Positions 29,207-39,310 of a stretch of DNA of 64,000 bases are shown here, one piece after another (the first letter of the stretch is position 1; each line of letters starts with the position of its first letter). Where the stretch lies: contig CAVYIM010000003.1 in NCBI GenBank assembly GCA_963768655.1, forward strand, positions 448,001 to 512,000, given 5' to 3'. The DNA comes from an uncultured Chloroflexia bacterium. GTDB lineage: Bacteria; Chloroflexota; Limnocylindria; Limnocylindrales; CSP1-4. The notes beneath the pieces are model-generated. The model was not told where the DNA came from and did not search any database. It saw only the letters and a list, made by a program, of their open reading frames with translations. A program made the position numbers and the translations under genes.

Positions 29207-30406
29207 ATGTTTAGCTCCCTGCTCGTCATCATCCTGGCCGGACTCGCCGGGCCGTTCCTTGCCGCCGGGCGGCGGCCGCTGATCCCGGCCGTCGTGGGCG
29301 AGCTGATAGCCGGCATCGCCCTCGGCCGTTCCGGCCTCGGACTGGTCGACTCGACGACGCCCACCAACGCCCTCCTGTATGGCCTTGGCTTCGCGATGCT
29401 CATGCTCGTGGCGGGCTCTCGCGTGGATCTGGATTCTCCAGGCCTCCGTGCGGGCGTTCGGACGGGCGCGATCGCGGCCATCGTGGTTGCCGTTCTATCG
29501 TTGCCAGTCGGGCTGGTCATAGGTGCGACCCTCGAGCCCGGCGCGCCGGCCCTCCTGTTCCCGATCCTGCTCGCCGGAAGCTCGGCCGCCGTCGCCTTCC
29601 CAATCCTCGAAGAGCGCGGGCTGATCGGGCCCGGCGTGGGGTTGCTCCTTGTCTGGATTCCTCTGGCCGACGCGATCACCGTCCTGCTCATGCCCCTCAC
29701 ACTGATCGGCCCCGCGAAGATCCCGGCGGCGCTGGGTGGCGACGCCCTGATCGTCGCCTGCACGGTCGGCGCGCTGTGGTTCGGTGAGCGTATCAGCCGT
29801 TCCCCGCGCGCCATGACCCTGCGCGACCGGTCGCGGACGCGAGGCTGGGCGCTCCAGCTGCGCGTCACACTGCTGATCCTCGTGTTCCTGTCCCTCATCG
29901 CCTCCCAGACGGGCGGCTCGACTCTGCTCGCGGGCTTCGGGGCGGGCCTCGTCCTTGCCCGGCTCCGCGAGCCGACCCGTCTGGAAGTGCAGCTCTCAGG
30001 CATCGCTGAAGGGTTCTTCGTGCCGGCCTTCTTCGTGCTCATCGGCTCCGAGCTCGACCTCCGGGCGCTGGCGGGCGATCCGCAGGCCATCCTGCTTGCC
30101 CTCGCCATAGCCGCGTGCGGCCTGGCAATTCATCTCGTCGCGAGCCGGGTTGTGGCGCCGCCGCCGTGGAGCGGATTTGGCCTGGCTGCGGCGGCCCAGC
30201 TCGGTCTGCCGGCCGCGGCCGCTTCCCTCGGCCTTGGAACGGGCGCGCTCTCACCGGCCGTCGCCGCCGCGCTCGTGCTGGGTGGCTGCCTCACGATTCT
30301 CCCGGCCTCGATCGGAACACGCAGACTGGCCGATGCGCTCGCCGCCACGTCTCCCGGCGAGGCCGGGATCGGAACGATGGCGACCCAAAACGCGCCCGTT
30401 CCCTGA
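29207..30406 (+). CDS. Cation:proton antiporter (CPA2-like)
   Basis: IPAVVGELIAGIALG, LMLVAG..VD, LADAIT, GFFVPAFFVLIG..LDL. Confidence 0.85.
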   Translation: MFSSLLVIILAGLAGPFLAAGRRPLIPAVVGELIAGIALGRSGLGLVDSTTPTNALLYGLGFAMLMLVAGSRVDLDSPGLRAGVRTGAIAAIVVAVLSLPVGLVIGATLEPGAPALLFPILLAGSSAAVAFPILEERGLIGPGVGLLLVWIPLADAITVLLMPLTLIGPAKIPAALGGDALIVACTVGALWFGERISRSPRAMTLRDRSRTRGWALQLRVTLLILVFLSLIASQTGGSTLLAGFGAGLVLARLREPTRLEVQLSGIAEGFFVPAFFVLIGSELDLRALAGDPQAILLALAIAACGLAIHLVASRVVAPPPWSGFGLAAAAQLGLPAAAASLGLGTGALSPAVAAALVLGGCLTILPASIGTRRLADALAATSPGEAGIGTMATQNAPVP

Positions 30407-30559
30407 TGGCCGGGGTCCTGAAAGGCTCGCAGTCCTAGACTTGGGGCCGGCCTCCCGGAACCAGCCGGGTGGCCTGGCGGCGGGGCTGCCCACGGGCGCC
30501 GACACGGGAGCCAATCCCGGCCCGACGCCACGGCTTCGGCACATCGGAGGCACCGCGGA

Positions 30560-31303
30560 ATGGATCTCGAAGGCGCAGTCGTCATCGTCACCGGAGCCTC
30601 GTCGGGCATCGGCGCGGCGACCGCCCGGCTGGTGGCCTCACGCGGGGCCAGGGTGGTGCTCGCCGCGCGCCGCAGCGAGCGGATCGAAGCCCTGGCTCAC
30701 GAACTCCCGGACGCGCTCGCGGTTCTGACGGATCTGCGCGATCCGGCGCAGATCGTCCGGCTGGCGGACGCGACCCTGGATCGCTTCGGACGCGTCGACG
30801 TGCTCGTCAACAACGCCGGGCAGGGCCTCCACGTGCCGGTCGAGCAGGTTCGGCTCGACGACCTGACGGCTGTGACCCAGCTCAACTTCTATGCGCCCCT
30901 TCTGGCCATGCAGGCGGTCATCCCGGCGATGCGCCGCCAGGGCGGTGGGGCGATCGTGAACGTCAGCTCGATGACGTCCCGAATGGTTCTCCCCGGCGTC
31001 GGTGGCTACTCGGCCACGAAGGCCGCCCTCAACATGCTCTCGCAAGTGGCTCGTCGAGAGCTTGCGCCCGACCGCATCGTCGTGTCGTTGGTCTACCCGG
31101 CCGTGACTGCCACGGAGTTCCACCAGTCGCTGGCCGCCGGGGGTCGGGTCGGCGGCGGATCGTGGGCGGCGAAGCCTCATTCGGCCGAGCATGTGGCCGA
31201 GGCGATCGTCGGCGTCATCGGGTCCGGCGAGGAAGAAGTGCTGCTGACGCAGGGCTGGGATGGCGGCGCTGCCGATCGCCGTAGCCCTGGACAGACGCCG
31301 TAG
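30560..31303 (+). CDS. Short-chain dehydrogenase/reductase
   Basis: TGASSGIG, NNAG, YSATK. Confidence 0.93.
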   Translation: MDLEGAVVIVTGASSGIGAATARLVASRGARVVLAARRSERIEALAHELPDALAVLTDLRDPAQIVRLADATLDRFGRVDVLVNNAGQGLHVPVEQVRLDDLTAVTQLNFYAPLLAMQAVIPAMRRQGGGAIVNVSSMTSRMVLPGVGGYSATKAALNMLSQVARRELAPDRIVVSLVYPAVTATEFHQSLAAGGRVGGGSWAAKPHSAEHVAEAIVGVIGSGEEEVLLTQGWDGGAADRRSPGQTP

Positions 31304-31496
31304 CGACGTTCGATCGGCCGCTGAGCCAGGCGCCCTCGCGCCATGGAACGCGCGGTTTCTCCTGACCCAGGGCTCTCGGATGCCCGAACATTCGCGTACG
31401 ATCACGGCACGCGACGTCGACGTTCCAGGAGCACCGTTCGCGCCACGATCCACTTTCGGCTTCGTCCGGCCGCCCATGTCAGCCAGGAGAGAATCG

Positions 31497-31955
31497 ATGA
31501 GCGTCAATTTCGTGCACGTCCCGCATCCGCGCATTGCCCAGCGCAAGAAGACGGGAGCGCCGAAGACCACCGACGAGCACGTCGGGTTCAACGGCAAGAT
31601 CGCTCTCGCTCTCACCACGATCGTTGGAACGATGTGGTGCGCCTATGCGTTTGCGGTCCTGGCGCTTGTGGCGCTGCCGTCGGCCATCAGCCAGGGCACA
31701 GTCCTCGCGCTCGTCTCGTGGCTGAGCCAGACGTTCATCCAGTTGGTCATGCTGTCGGTCATCATGGTCGGCCAGAACATCCTCTCCCGAGCATCGGACA
31801 AACGGGCCGAGATGACCTACCAGGACGCCGACGCCACCTTCCATGAGTCCGAACAGATCCAGTCACATCTGCTCGAGCAGGACCACGCCATCAACGAGCT
31901 GCTCGACAAGATCGCCCAGCTGGAAGCGGCTCTGATCAAGGCCAAGCTGGCCTGA
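31497..31955 (+). CDS. DUF1003-like membrane protein
   Basis: AGGAGA RBS; VGTMWCAYAF..SQTFIQLVMLSVIMVGQN followed by a coiled-coil-like tail. Confidence 0.75.
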   Translation: MSVNFVHVPHPRIAQRKKTGAPKTTDEHVGFNGKIALALTTIVGTMWCAYAFAVLALVALPSAISQGTVLALVSWLSQTFIQLVMLSVIMVGQNILSRASDKRAEMTYQDADATFHESEQIQSHLLEQDHAINELLDKIAQLEAALIKAKLA

Positions 31956-32075
31956 GGCGCGGTGTGGGGCCGGACCGACGGGCCGCCGGCTCGGGCCGGC
32001 TCAAGTGCACATCGAGGTCGTTCGGCGGCCGTCGTGGGTCGCCTCTTAGGGGCTGCCGGAGCTGCCGCCCTTTGA

Positions 32076-32459
32076 CTACTGCCGCCCGAACGCCGCTCTG
32101 ACGCGCGGCGTGGTCAGGTACCACAGGGCCACGCCGGCGATGACGATGGTGACGATGTGGCGGACGAGCTCGAGCCGGCCCAGCTGGAGCACCGCCAGCA
32201 CGAGGACGATGACCTCGAGGATGACCCCGAGAGTCCAGGCCCACAGCCGAAGCTCCCAGGCGCCGTAGGCGAACACGAGCTCCGATAGCCCGACCGCGAG
32301 CAGGATCAGGGCGATCAGCCTCTCGCCGCCGTGGATGCGTGGCAGCCAGAGAAGCCCCTCCGACGCATTCCACCAGGCGCCAGCCCCGAGGAGGGCCAGC
32401 ACACCCAGAACCGCGGCGGCAATCGCCAGCACCGCGATACCAACCGGACGTTGTTGCAT
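32076..32459 (-). CDS. Small membrane protein (about 4 TM)
   Basis: RPVGIAVLA.., YGAWELRLWAW, YLTTPRVRAAF pattern. Confidence 0.75.
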   Translation of the reverse strand: MQQRPVGIAVLAIAAAVLGVLALLGAGAWWNASEGLLWLPRIHGGERLIALILLAVGLSELVFAYGAWELRLWAWTLGVILEVIVLVLAVLQLGRLELVRHIVTIVIAGVALWYLTTPRVRAAFGRQ

Positions 32460-32602
32460 CTGTCCTGACCTCAAGTCATGGGCTCGAGCAACCTGCGCTG
32501 AGCCGTCGCCAGCAAGTCTATGTCACGAGCGCCGGGCCCAGAGACCCGAGAGCCGAGGCGGGAGGAGACGCCCCGGCTCTCATGGTGAGTTAGCGGCCCG
32601 AA

Positions 32603-33604
32603 TTATCCTGTGAGCGAGCCGGCCAGCAGGCCCCGGACGAAGTACCGGCCAAGGATGATGAAGATCAGCAGAGTTGGCATTGCTGCAATCAGCGCTCCGG
32701 CCATCTGCACGTTCCAGTCCGTGATCATGCTGCCCGACAGGTTGTTCAGGGCAACGGTGACCGGCCAGTTCTTCTGACTGGGGATGAGCGTGACCGCGAA
32801 GAGGAAGTCGTTCCAGACCGAATTGAATTGCCAGATCAGGACGACCACGAAGCCCGATGCCGAGAGCGGCAGCAGGATGGAGCGATAGAGCCGGACGAAG
32901 CCAGCGCCGTCCACCTTGGCAGCTTCCAGCAGCTCAGTCGGTATCCCGGCGTAGTAGTTTCGGAAGATGAGGGTCGTGATCGGAATGCCATAGATGATGT
33001 GGACGAGCATCAACCCCTGAAGAGAGCCGTACAGCCCGACGGTCGTCATCATCTGCGAGAGCGGGATCAATATGGCCTGGTAGGGGATGAACATGCCGAA
33101 CAGGATTAGCGTGAATATCACTTCGGAGCCCCGGAACTTCCATTTGGCCAGGACGTAGCCATTCAGCGATCCGACGATCGAGGACAGGATCGCGGCGGGT
33201 ATGGCTAGGAACAGGCTGTTTATGAAGTTGGGGGCCAGCGCCTGCCAGGCAGCCTGGAAGCTTCCCATATCGAAGGACGTGGGCAGGGTCCACATCCTGG
33301 AGAGTGTTATTTCGCTGGTTCCTTTGAGGCTTGTCACGACCAGGAGATAGATCGGCGTCAGGTACCAGGCCGCGAACAGGAAGAGCAGCGCATACAGGAA
33401 GAAGCGCGCCAGCCGCGCCCCGGGCGAACGCGAGCGCAGACCCCGGCCGCCATGCCCGGCCGCGAGGAGACTCCTGGTCGGGAGCGCTTCATCCTCGTCG
33501 GAGGTCACCAGGCGGAACGGATCGGTCTCGCGCGCCGGCCGCTGGCCGGAGGAAGTCGGCTCGCCGATCGGAACGGCGGGCTTCGGCTTGGAATTGGAGC
33601 TCAT
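32603..33604 (-). CDS. Carbohydrate ABC transporter permease 2
   Basis: ELLEAAKVDGAG (EAA loop), WNDFLFA, GRYFVRGLLAGS. Confidence 0.93.
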   Translation of the reverse strand: MSSNSKPKPAVPIGEPTSSGQRPARETDPFRLVTSDEDEALPTRSLLAAGHGGRGLRSRSPGARLARFFLYALLFLFAAWYLTPIYLLVVTSLKGTSEITLSRMWTLPTSFDMGSFQAAWQALAPNFINSLFLAIPAAILSSIVGSLNGYVLAKWKFRGSEVIFTLILFGMFIPYQAILIPLSQMMTTVGLYGSLQGLMLVHIIYGIPITTLIFRNYYAGIPTELLEAAKVDGAGFVRLYRSILLPLSASGFVVVLIWQFNSVWNDFLFAVTLIPSQKNWPVTVALNNLSGSMITDWNVQMAGALIAAMPTLLIFIILGRYFVRGLLAGSLTG

Positions 33605-34584
33605 GCCTCGGCCCCCCGTCGGCGGTTCCAGACGAGATACGGAACGACGACCATCGCGACGAGGACCAGCATGACGATGGCCACGGCCGCCCCACGCCCG
33701 AACTCACTGTCACGGAACGCCGTCTGCCACATGAACAGAGCAGGCGTGTCCGTTGCAAAGCCAGGGCCGGACCCGGACATCGCCACGGTCAGGTCGTAGA
33801 TCTTCAGGCTGATATGGCCGAGGATGATCATCGCCGAGAGGGTGATCGGTGTAAGCAGCGGGAAGACCACATGTCGGAAGATCTTCCATTCGCTGGCTCC
33901 ATCGACGCGGGCGGCCTCTTTGAGCTGGTCAGGTATCGCTCGCAACCCGGCGAGATACAGGATCATCACGAAGCCTGACATCTGCCATACGGCCGCCAGG
34001 ACGATCGACAACAGGGCGATCGGCACGCCGATGTTGGGGCTGGTGATGAACCCCAGACCGATGTCGTGCAGGATACCGTAGACTGGACTGTCCGGGGCTA
34101 TATAGACGACGTGGGCGTCCGTAAGCCATCGGTTCGACGCCGGATCCAGCCCGAACAGCTGGTTGACTCCCTGGGCGTTGCCGACCTGGCCCGGCGAGAG
34201 AATCCACTTCCAGACGACACCAGTGACGATGAAGCTGACTGCCATCGGAAATAGAATGATGCTCCGGAATACCGCCTCCCCCCGTATCTGACGATCAATC
34301 AGATTGGCCAGCAGAAGGCCGATCGCGAGCGAAACAGAGATGAAGCAGATCGTGAAGACAACCGTGTTGCGGATGTCCATAAGGAACCGGTTGGTCGCGA
34401 AGATGGCCATGTAGTTGGCCAGGCCGACCGGCGTGTAGTCAGGACGCAGCGTGTCCCACTTGACGGTCGAAATATAGCCCGTCCAGAAGATGAGTCCGTA
34501 GACGAAGATCGCCACCGCCACGATGGACGGTCCGATAACGAGCAGGGAGATGATTCTGTCGCGGCTGAGTCTCATGTTCCGCAT
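33601..34584 (-). CDS. Carbohydrate ABC transporter permease 1
   Basis: FPMAVSFIVTG, YLAGLRAIP..EAARVDGASEW. Confidence 0.93.
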   Translation of the reverse strand: MRNMRLSRDRIISLLVIGPSIVAVAIFVYGLIFWTGYISTVKWDTLRPDYTPVGLANYMAIFATNRFLMDIRNTVVFTICFISVSLAIGLLLANLIDRQIRGEAVFRSIILFPMAVSFIVTGVVWKWILSPGQVGNAQGVNQLFGLDPASNRWLTDAHVVYIAPDSPVYGILHDIGLGFITSPNIGVPIALLSIVLAAVWQMSGFVMILYLAGLRAIPDQLKEAARVDGASEWKIFRHVVFPLLTPITLSAMIILGHISLKIYDLTVAMSGSGPGFATDTPALFMWQTAFRDSEFGRGAAVAIVMLVLVAMVVVPYLVWNRRRGAEA

Positions 34585-34604
34585 CGTTCCTGGGGAGGGG
34601 GAAA

Positions 34605-34635
34605 GCGGAGGGGGCGAACGCGTCGCCCCCTCCGC
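34605..34635 (-). terminator. 13-bp stem-loop between the SBP and permease genes (mRNA stabiliser or partial terminator)
   Basis: GCGGAGGGGGCGA-ACGCG-TCGCCCCCTCCGC, a perfect stem. Confidence 0.7.
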
Positions 34636-34661
34636 AAGAGGAACCTACGTCTACGGCGCGG

Positions 34662-36035
34662 TTAGCTGCAGACGTTCGCGTCTTTGCAGGCCTGGACCAG
34701 AGCCGACTGGAGCGTCGGCACGTCCGGGTTCGCAACGAACGTGGTGACAGCCGTTTCCCATTCTCCCTTCCAGGCCGGAGAGGCGGCGGCGCCGTGCTCG
34801 AGGCTCGGAACGATGGTGTCGGCCTTCCACTCTCCCATGGCCCACTGCTGGTACGTGCTGTACTGCTTCTGGCCAGCAGGGGGGTTCCCGGCGGTGGAGT
34901 TGGCCGGGATGGAGCCCTTCCACGGGTTGAAGATGTCCTGGCCCGTGGCGGAGCCCATGAAGGTCAGGAACTTCTTGACGGCGTCCTTGTGCTGGGCCGC
35001 GGTCGGCAGGCCGAAGGAGTCGGCAAGAGCGTCGTAGACGCCACCCGTGCCGGGTGCGGCGACCCAGCCGTAGTCGGTGAAGTTCTTGTTGTCGAACTCA
35101 CCGGCAGCCCAGTCACCCATCATCGTCATCGCGGCCTGGGGCTGTGCGCCAGCGGACTTGGGGATGAGGTAGTCGGCGGCCTGGTCCCACGTGAGGGACG
35201 AGTGGTCGGTGTTGATGTACTTGAGAACGCTCTGGAAGGTGGTGATGGCGGTGGTCACAGCGGCGCTTGACCAATCGGTCGCGCCGGTCCAGAGACCGTC
35301 ATACCCCTGCGCGCCCAGCTGGGCGATGAGGATCACTTCGAGGAGCATGCCGCTGGCCCAGATGCCGTTGTCGCCCACGGCCAGCGGGGTGATCCCCTTG
35401 GCCTGGAGCGTGGCCGCGTCGGTCAGGAAGTCGGCCCACGTGGTGGGCGGCGTCAGGTTGTTGGAGCTGAAGACGGTTTTGTTGTACCAGAGCACGTTGG
35501 CCCGGTGGATGTCCAGCGGGACGCTGTAGTAGTGCGTCGTGCCCGAGGAATCCTTAGCGCTGACGATGCTGAGAACGCCCGCCGGGAACTCCGACGTCCA
35601 GCCGTTGGCCGCATAGAGATCGTCGAGATTGTCCATGTAGCCCGGCGTGACGTACGTGTCGAGCAGCTCGTGGCCCATGTGAACCTGGAACGTGTCGGGC
35701 GGATCACCATTCAGGACGCGAGTCTTGAGCGCGGCCTGCGCGTTGGACCCGGCGCCGCCGGCGATGGCGCTGTTGGTGACGAAGATCCCAGGATTGGCGC
35801 AGTTGAACGCGTTGATGAGGGCGTTGAAGCCAGCTGCCTCGCCGCCGGTCGTCCACCAGGAAACGGCCTCAACCTGCGTATCGCTTGCGGTGGACGGGCA
35901 GATGCTCGCGCCTGCACTTGCCGCCGGCGCACTGCCGGCCGAGCTGGCGGATGGGGTGGCACTGCTGGAGCAGGCCGACCCGACGAGGGCGACGATAGAC
36001 AACAGTGCAAGGGCCCGCTTGTACGGGAGTTTCAC
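34662..36035 (-). CDS. Sugar ABC transporter substrate-binding lipoprotein (glucose/mannose GtsA-like)
   Basis: VGSAC lipobox; SWWTTGGEAAG, GDPPDTFQVHMG, DIHRANVLWYN, MMGDWA, FNPWKGSIPA. Confidence 0.9.
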   Translation of the reverse strand: MKLPYKRALALLSIVALVGSACSSSATPSASSAGSAPAASAGASICPSTASDTQVEAVSWWTTGGEAAGFNALINAFNCANPGIFVTNSAIAGGAGSNAQAALKTRVLNGDPPDTFQVHMGHELLDTYVTPGYMDNLDDLYAANGWTSEFPAGVLSIVSAKDSSGTTHYYSVPLDIHRANVLWYNKTVFSSNNLTPPTTWADFLTDAATLQAKGITPLAVGDNGIWASGMLLEVILIAQLGAQGYDGLWTGATDWSSAAVTTAITTFQSVLKYINTDHSSLTWDQAADYLIPKSAGAQPQAAMTMMGDWAAGEFDNKNFTDYGWVAAPGTGGVYDALADSFGLPTAAQHKDAVKKFLTFMGSATGQDIFNPWKGSIPANSTAGNPPAGQKQYSTYQQWAMGEWKADTIVPSLEHGAAASPAWKGEWETAVTTFVANPDVPTLQSALVQACKDANVCS

Positions 36036-36338
36036 GGATAGCACCTCACTCACCTCGGATACGCCGATGGCACCATGGGGTCGAACCGGATGGCATCATC
36101 GGACTGGTCGGCGGGTCTGGCAGGCGCCAGGGACGCGCCTGGCCTCCCCGGCTCTCGAGGGGCCGCACCAGGCGATCGCCTCCCTCACCCAATACTGGCC
36201 TCTACTCACCTCCTCCATCGTGAGCGCCACAACGCCTTCCAAGCGCAGGATGGTCTGGGCGCGACCACTCTCCGCGTGATCAGACGCGAGCCACCCGGGT
36301 TCCTGGCTATGACGGGAGCCGCGGAACTGTTCCTCCGC

Positions 36339-36367
36339 ACGCTAGCCGACGCTGATAACGTTGTCAA
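36339..36367 (-). promoter_or_regulatory. Sigma70-type promoter of the sugar ABC operon overlapped by LacI operator 1 (36353-36366)
   Basis: Minus strand TTGACA(36367-36362)-N17-TAGCGT(36344-36339); palindrome TGATAACGTTGTCA with a central CG. Confidence 0.75.
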
Positions 36368-36410
36368 CCCAAACCAAATCGAAACCGTTGCGACTGTTCA
36401 ATCCCCCGCG

Positions 36411-36454
36411 TTGACGCGGCCGAAGCAAGGATCGAAACTGTGGCAACGATGTCA
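36411..36454 (+). promoter_or_regulatory. Putative promoter of the LacI-family gene and LacI operator 2 (36441-36454)
   Basis: TTGACG-N17-GAAACT followed by TGGCAACGATGTCA, similar to operator 1. Confidence 0.6.
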
Positions 36455-36525
36455 GCACGGCCGCCTCGTTCCTCGCCGGCGGCCTGCGCGACCGTGCCAA
36501 GCGTAAGTTCGTGAGACCGGCCAAG

Positions 36526-37671
36526 ATGAGCGACGAGATGAGCGACTCCCCTGACCTGCCCGACGCGGAGAGCCCGGCCGCGCCGACCTGGTTTCGCCCC
36601 GAGCCCGGGCGGCGCAGGACCGACCCTGCCGGCAAGCGGACCGCGGGCCGCTCGACCGTGCGCCCCGGTCAGGCCACCATGCGCGACGTTGCCCAGGCCG
36701 CCGGCGCCAGCCTGAAGACCGTCTCGCGGGTCGTGAACATGGAGCCGGGCGTCAGGCCGGAGATGCAGCGGCGCGTCGAGGAAGCGATCGTCGCCCTTGG
36801 ATTCCGGCGCAACGTAGTTGCCCACAGCCTTCGAACCGGACACCAGATCGGCAGCATCGGGCTGATCGTCGCCGACCTGATGAACCCTTTCTACTCGAGC
36901 GTGGCCAAGGCCGTGGAGACGGTCGCCGCCCGGCACAACGCGGTGATCATCATCGGTAGCTCCGGCGAGAACGCGACACGGGAGCGGGAGCTGGTCATGA
37001 ACCTGCTTCATCGACCCGTCGACGGATTGATCGTCGTGCCCGCGGGCAGCGACCACCGCTACCTGGAGCCCGAGCGGAGACGGGGCGCGCAGATCGTCTT
37101 CCTGGATCGGGGCGGCGGCAACATCGACGCTGACGCTGTCGTCCTCGACAACTTCGGCGGTGCGAAGCGGGCCGTCGAGCATCTGATCCTGCGCGGCCAC
37201 AGGCGGGTTGGATTCATCGGTGACTCGGACACGGTCCAGACGGCGGTGGAGAGGCTCGAGGGCTACAAGGCTGCCCTGGCCGGCGCCGACATTCCGTACG
37301 ACCCCGAGCTCGTCCGGCTCGGCTCACCCGCCGTCGACATGGCGGAGACCGCCGCCGGCAAGCTGCTGATGCTGGAGGATCGGGTCACGGCCATCTTCGC
37401 GGCCAACAACCGCCAGTGCGTCGGCGTCTTGCGGGCTATCCGGGCATCGCAACGACTGACCGCGCTGGTCGGGTTCGACGACTTCGAGCTGGCCGATCTG
37501 CTCCCAATTCCGGTCTCCGTGATCGCCTACGACCCCGCCGAGCTTGGCCGATCATCGGCCGAGCTACTCTTCGCTCGCCTGGGCGGCGATGCCAGACCGC
37601 CTCAGCGGATCGTGATACCGACCCGGCTGATCCAGCGCGGATCGGGCGAGATCATGTTCCAGATGCCGTAG
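36526..37671 (+). CDS. LacI family transcriptional regulator (start uncertain)
   Basis: ATMRDVAQAAGASLKTVSRVVN HTH; NPFYS, DNFGG, GHRRVGFIG, VGFDD. Confidence 0.94.
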   Translation: MSDEMSDSPDLPDAESPAAPTWFRPEPGRRRTDPAGKRTAGRSTVRPGQATMRDVAQAAGASLKTVSRVVNMEPGVRPEMQRRVEEAIVALGFRRNVVAHSLRTGHQIGSIGLIVADLMNPFYSSVAKAVETVAARHNAVIIIGSSGENATRERELVMNLLHRPVDGLIVVPAGSDHRYLEPERRRGAQIVFLDRGGGNIDADAVVLDNFGGAKRAVEHLILRGHRRVGFIGDSDTVQTAVERLEGYKAALAGADIPYDPELVRLGSPAVDMAETAAGKLLMLEDRVTAIFAANNRQCVGVLRAIRASQRLTALVGFDDFELADLLPIPVSVIAYDPAELGRSSAELLFARLGGDARPPQRIVIPTRLIQRGSGEIMFQMP

Positions 37672-37741
37672 GGTGTAGCCGTTCGCGCATTGAGGTGCGG
37701 TCTGGCGTACCTTCGAGCGCCGCGAAAGGACGAGACGAGAC

Positions 37742-38587
37742 ATGGCAGCCCGATACGGAGCCCCCGAGAGCGAGATCGCGCACTACACCTGCCATCGAAC
37801 GGCGAACCCAGGGCCTCTCGACGGTACAGCGGACGGACCGGACTGGCGGGCGGCGCCCCGCTCGCCTCGCTTCGTCGACATGGTGACCGGCGAGCCCGGC
37901 TACTTCGACACCCGCGCCGCAGCGCTCTGGGATCAGGACAACCTTTATGTCTCGTTCTGGGTCGAGGAGCCGTTCCCCGAGGCCCGCATGACCGAGCGCG
38001 ACGGGATCGTCTTCGCCGAGAACGACGTCGAGATCTTCGTCGACGGCGGGGATTGCTACTACGAGCTCGAGCTGAACGCGGCGAACACCGTCTACGAGGT
38101 GTTCTTCATCTGGCAGGATGCCTACCGGCGAGGTGGGCGCTTCGACGTCCCGCAGTTCGATCTGCTCGATCGGCACGCGCTGTCGTTTGGGGGCGACTAC
38201 GACCGCCAGCCGCGGAGCTTCTGGCGTGGCACGCACCCGCGCGGGCTCCGCTGGGCCTTCCGGGAGTGGGACCTGTCCGGCCTGCGTACCGCGGTGTACG
38301 TCGATGGCAAGCTCAACGACCGGTTCTCCGTCAGCAAAGGCTGGAGCGCGCAGGTGGTGCTCCCCTGGAAAGGCATGGAGTGGCTGGCGAACGGCCGGTC
38401 GCTGCCGCCCCGGGAGGGCGACGTGTGGCGGATGTTCTTCGGCCGGTTCGAGAAGATGACGGCCGGCGGGATCGAGATTCAGCCCCACCCCGCCTGGTGC
38501 TGGAACAGGCACGGCGTCATGGACACTCACGTGCCGGAGTGCTTCACGTACGTGCATTTCACGGACGCGGCGGTCGAAGAGCTGTAG
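37742..38587 (+). CDS. Carbohydrate-binding family 9-like (DOMON-like) protein
   Basis: LDG..DGPDW..AP, LWDQDNLY, ENDVEIFVD..YYELELNAANT, GDVWRMFFGR, DTHVPE; no signal peptide. Confidence 0.75.
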   Translation: MAARYGAPESEIAHYTCHRTANPGPLDGTADGPDWRAAPRSPRFVDMVTGEPGYFDTRAAALWDQDNLYVSFWVEEPFPEARMTERDGIVFAENDVEIFVDGGDCYYELELNAANTVYEVFFIWQDAYRRGGRFDVPQFDLLDRHALSFGGDYDRQPRSFWRGTHPRGLRWAFREWDLSGLRTAVYVDGKLNDRFSVSKGWSAQVVLPWKGMEWLANGRSLPPREGDVWRMFFGRFEKMTAGGIEIQPHPAWCWNRHGVMDTHVPECFTYVHFTDAAVEEL

Positions 38588-38803
38588 GCCGGCCGAAGGA
38601 TAGGCTGTCGGTACATCCGCGCCGCGCCCGCACTCGACTTCAGCCGCCCGCCGCAGCCCGAAGCTCTGGCGCCTGGTTGCGGTTTCCTACCCGTTCCGGG
38701 CATTTGGCTTCACTCCGCGCGCGTACTGTTCGCCCCTGAAGGTGTTCCGGCCGACTTTCGGCCGTTTGTCAACGCGAGAGGCGCCCGGGGCCCTCTTACG
38801 TGA

Positions 38804-39310
38804 GTGAAGGGAGCCAGCGTACTCGTGGGGGTACGAGACAGGTTCGATGCGGATTACAACCAGTTCTTCTCGGATCTCACGAGGCTCTGTCGTGCCCTCG
38901 GCGCCGGCGCCAGTGCCGAGGACATCGCGCAGGACACCATCCTCCACGCGCGCGAGCATCATCAACAACTCCGCGACGAGTCGAAGCTCGAGCCGTGGCT
39001 GCGCCGCATCGCTGCCCGGCGAACCTTCGAGCACCTCCGGCGGCAGAAGCGCCACGAGACGGAGGACGCCGTCGTCGCCTTCCTGCCGGCCGATCCCGCT
39101 CTCTCGATCGACGTCTCGGCGGCGATCACCCGCCTGCCCGAGCGCGAGCGCGTGGCCGTGGTCCTGGTCTATGCCCTCGGGTACGAGCAGGAGGAGGCCG
39201 CAGCCGTGATGAACGTCACTCGCGGCACCGTGGCCACGCTGCTCCACAGGGCACGTCGCCACCTGGCCGAACGCCTCGCGAGCTATGCCGAGGAGAGGGA
39301 TCTGCCGTGA
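38804..39310 (+). CDS. ECF sigma factor
   Basis: Region 2 AEDIAQDT..WLRRIAAR; region 4 LPERERVAVVL..EAAAVMNVTRGTVATLLHRAR. Confidence 0.9.
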   Translation: MKGASVLVGVRDRFDADYNQFFSDLTRLCRALGAGASAEDIAQDTILHAREHHQQLRDESKLEPWLRRIAARRTFEHLRRQKRHETEDAVVAFLPADPALSIDVSAAITRLPERERVAVVLVYALGYEQEEAAAVMNVTRGTVATLLHRARRHLAERLASYAEERDLP

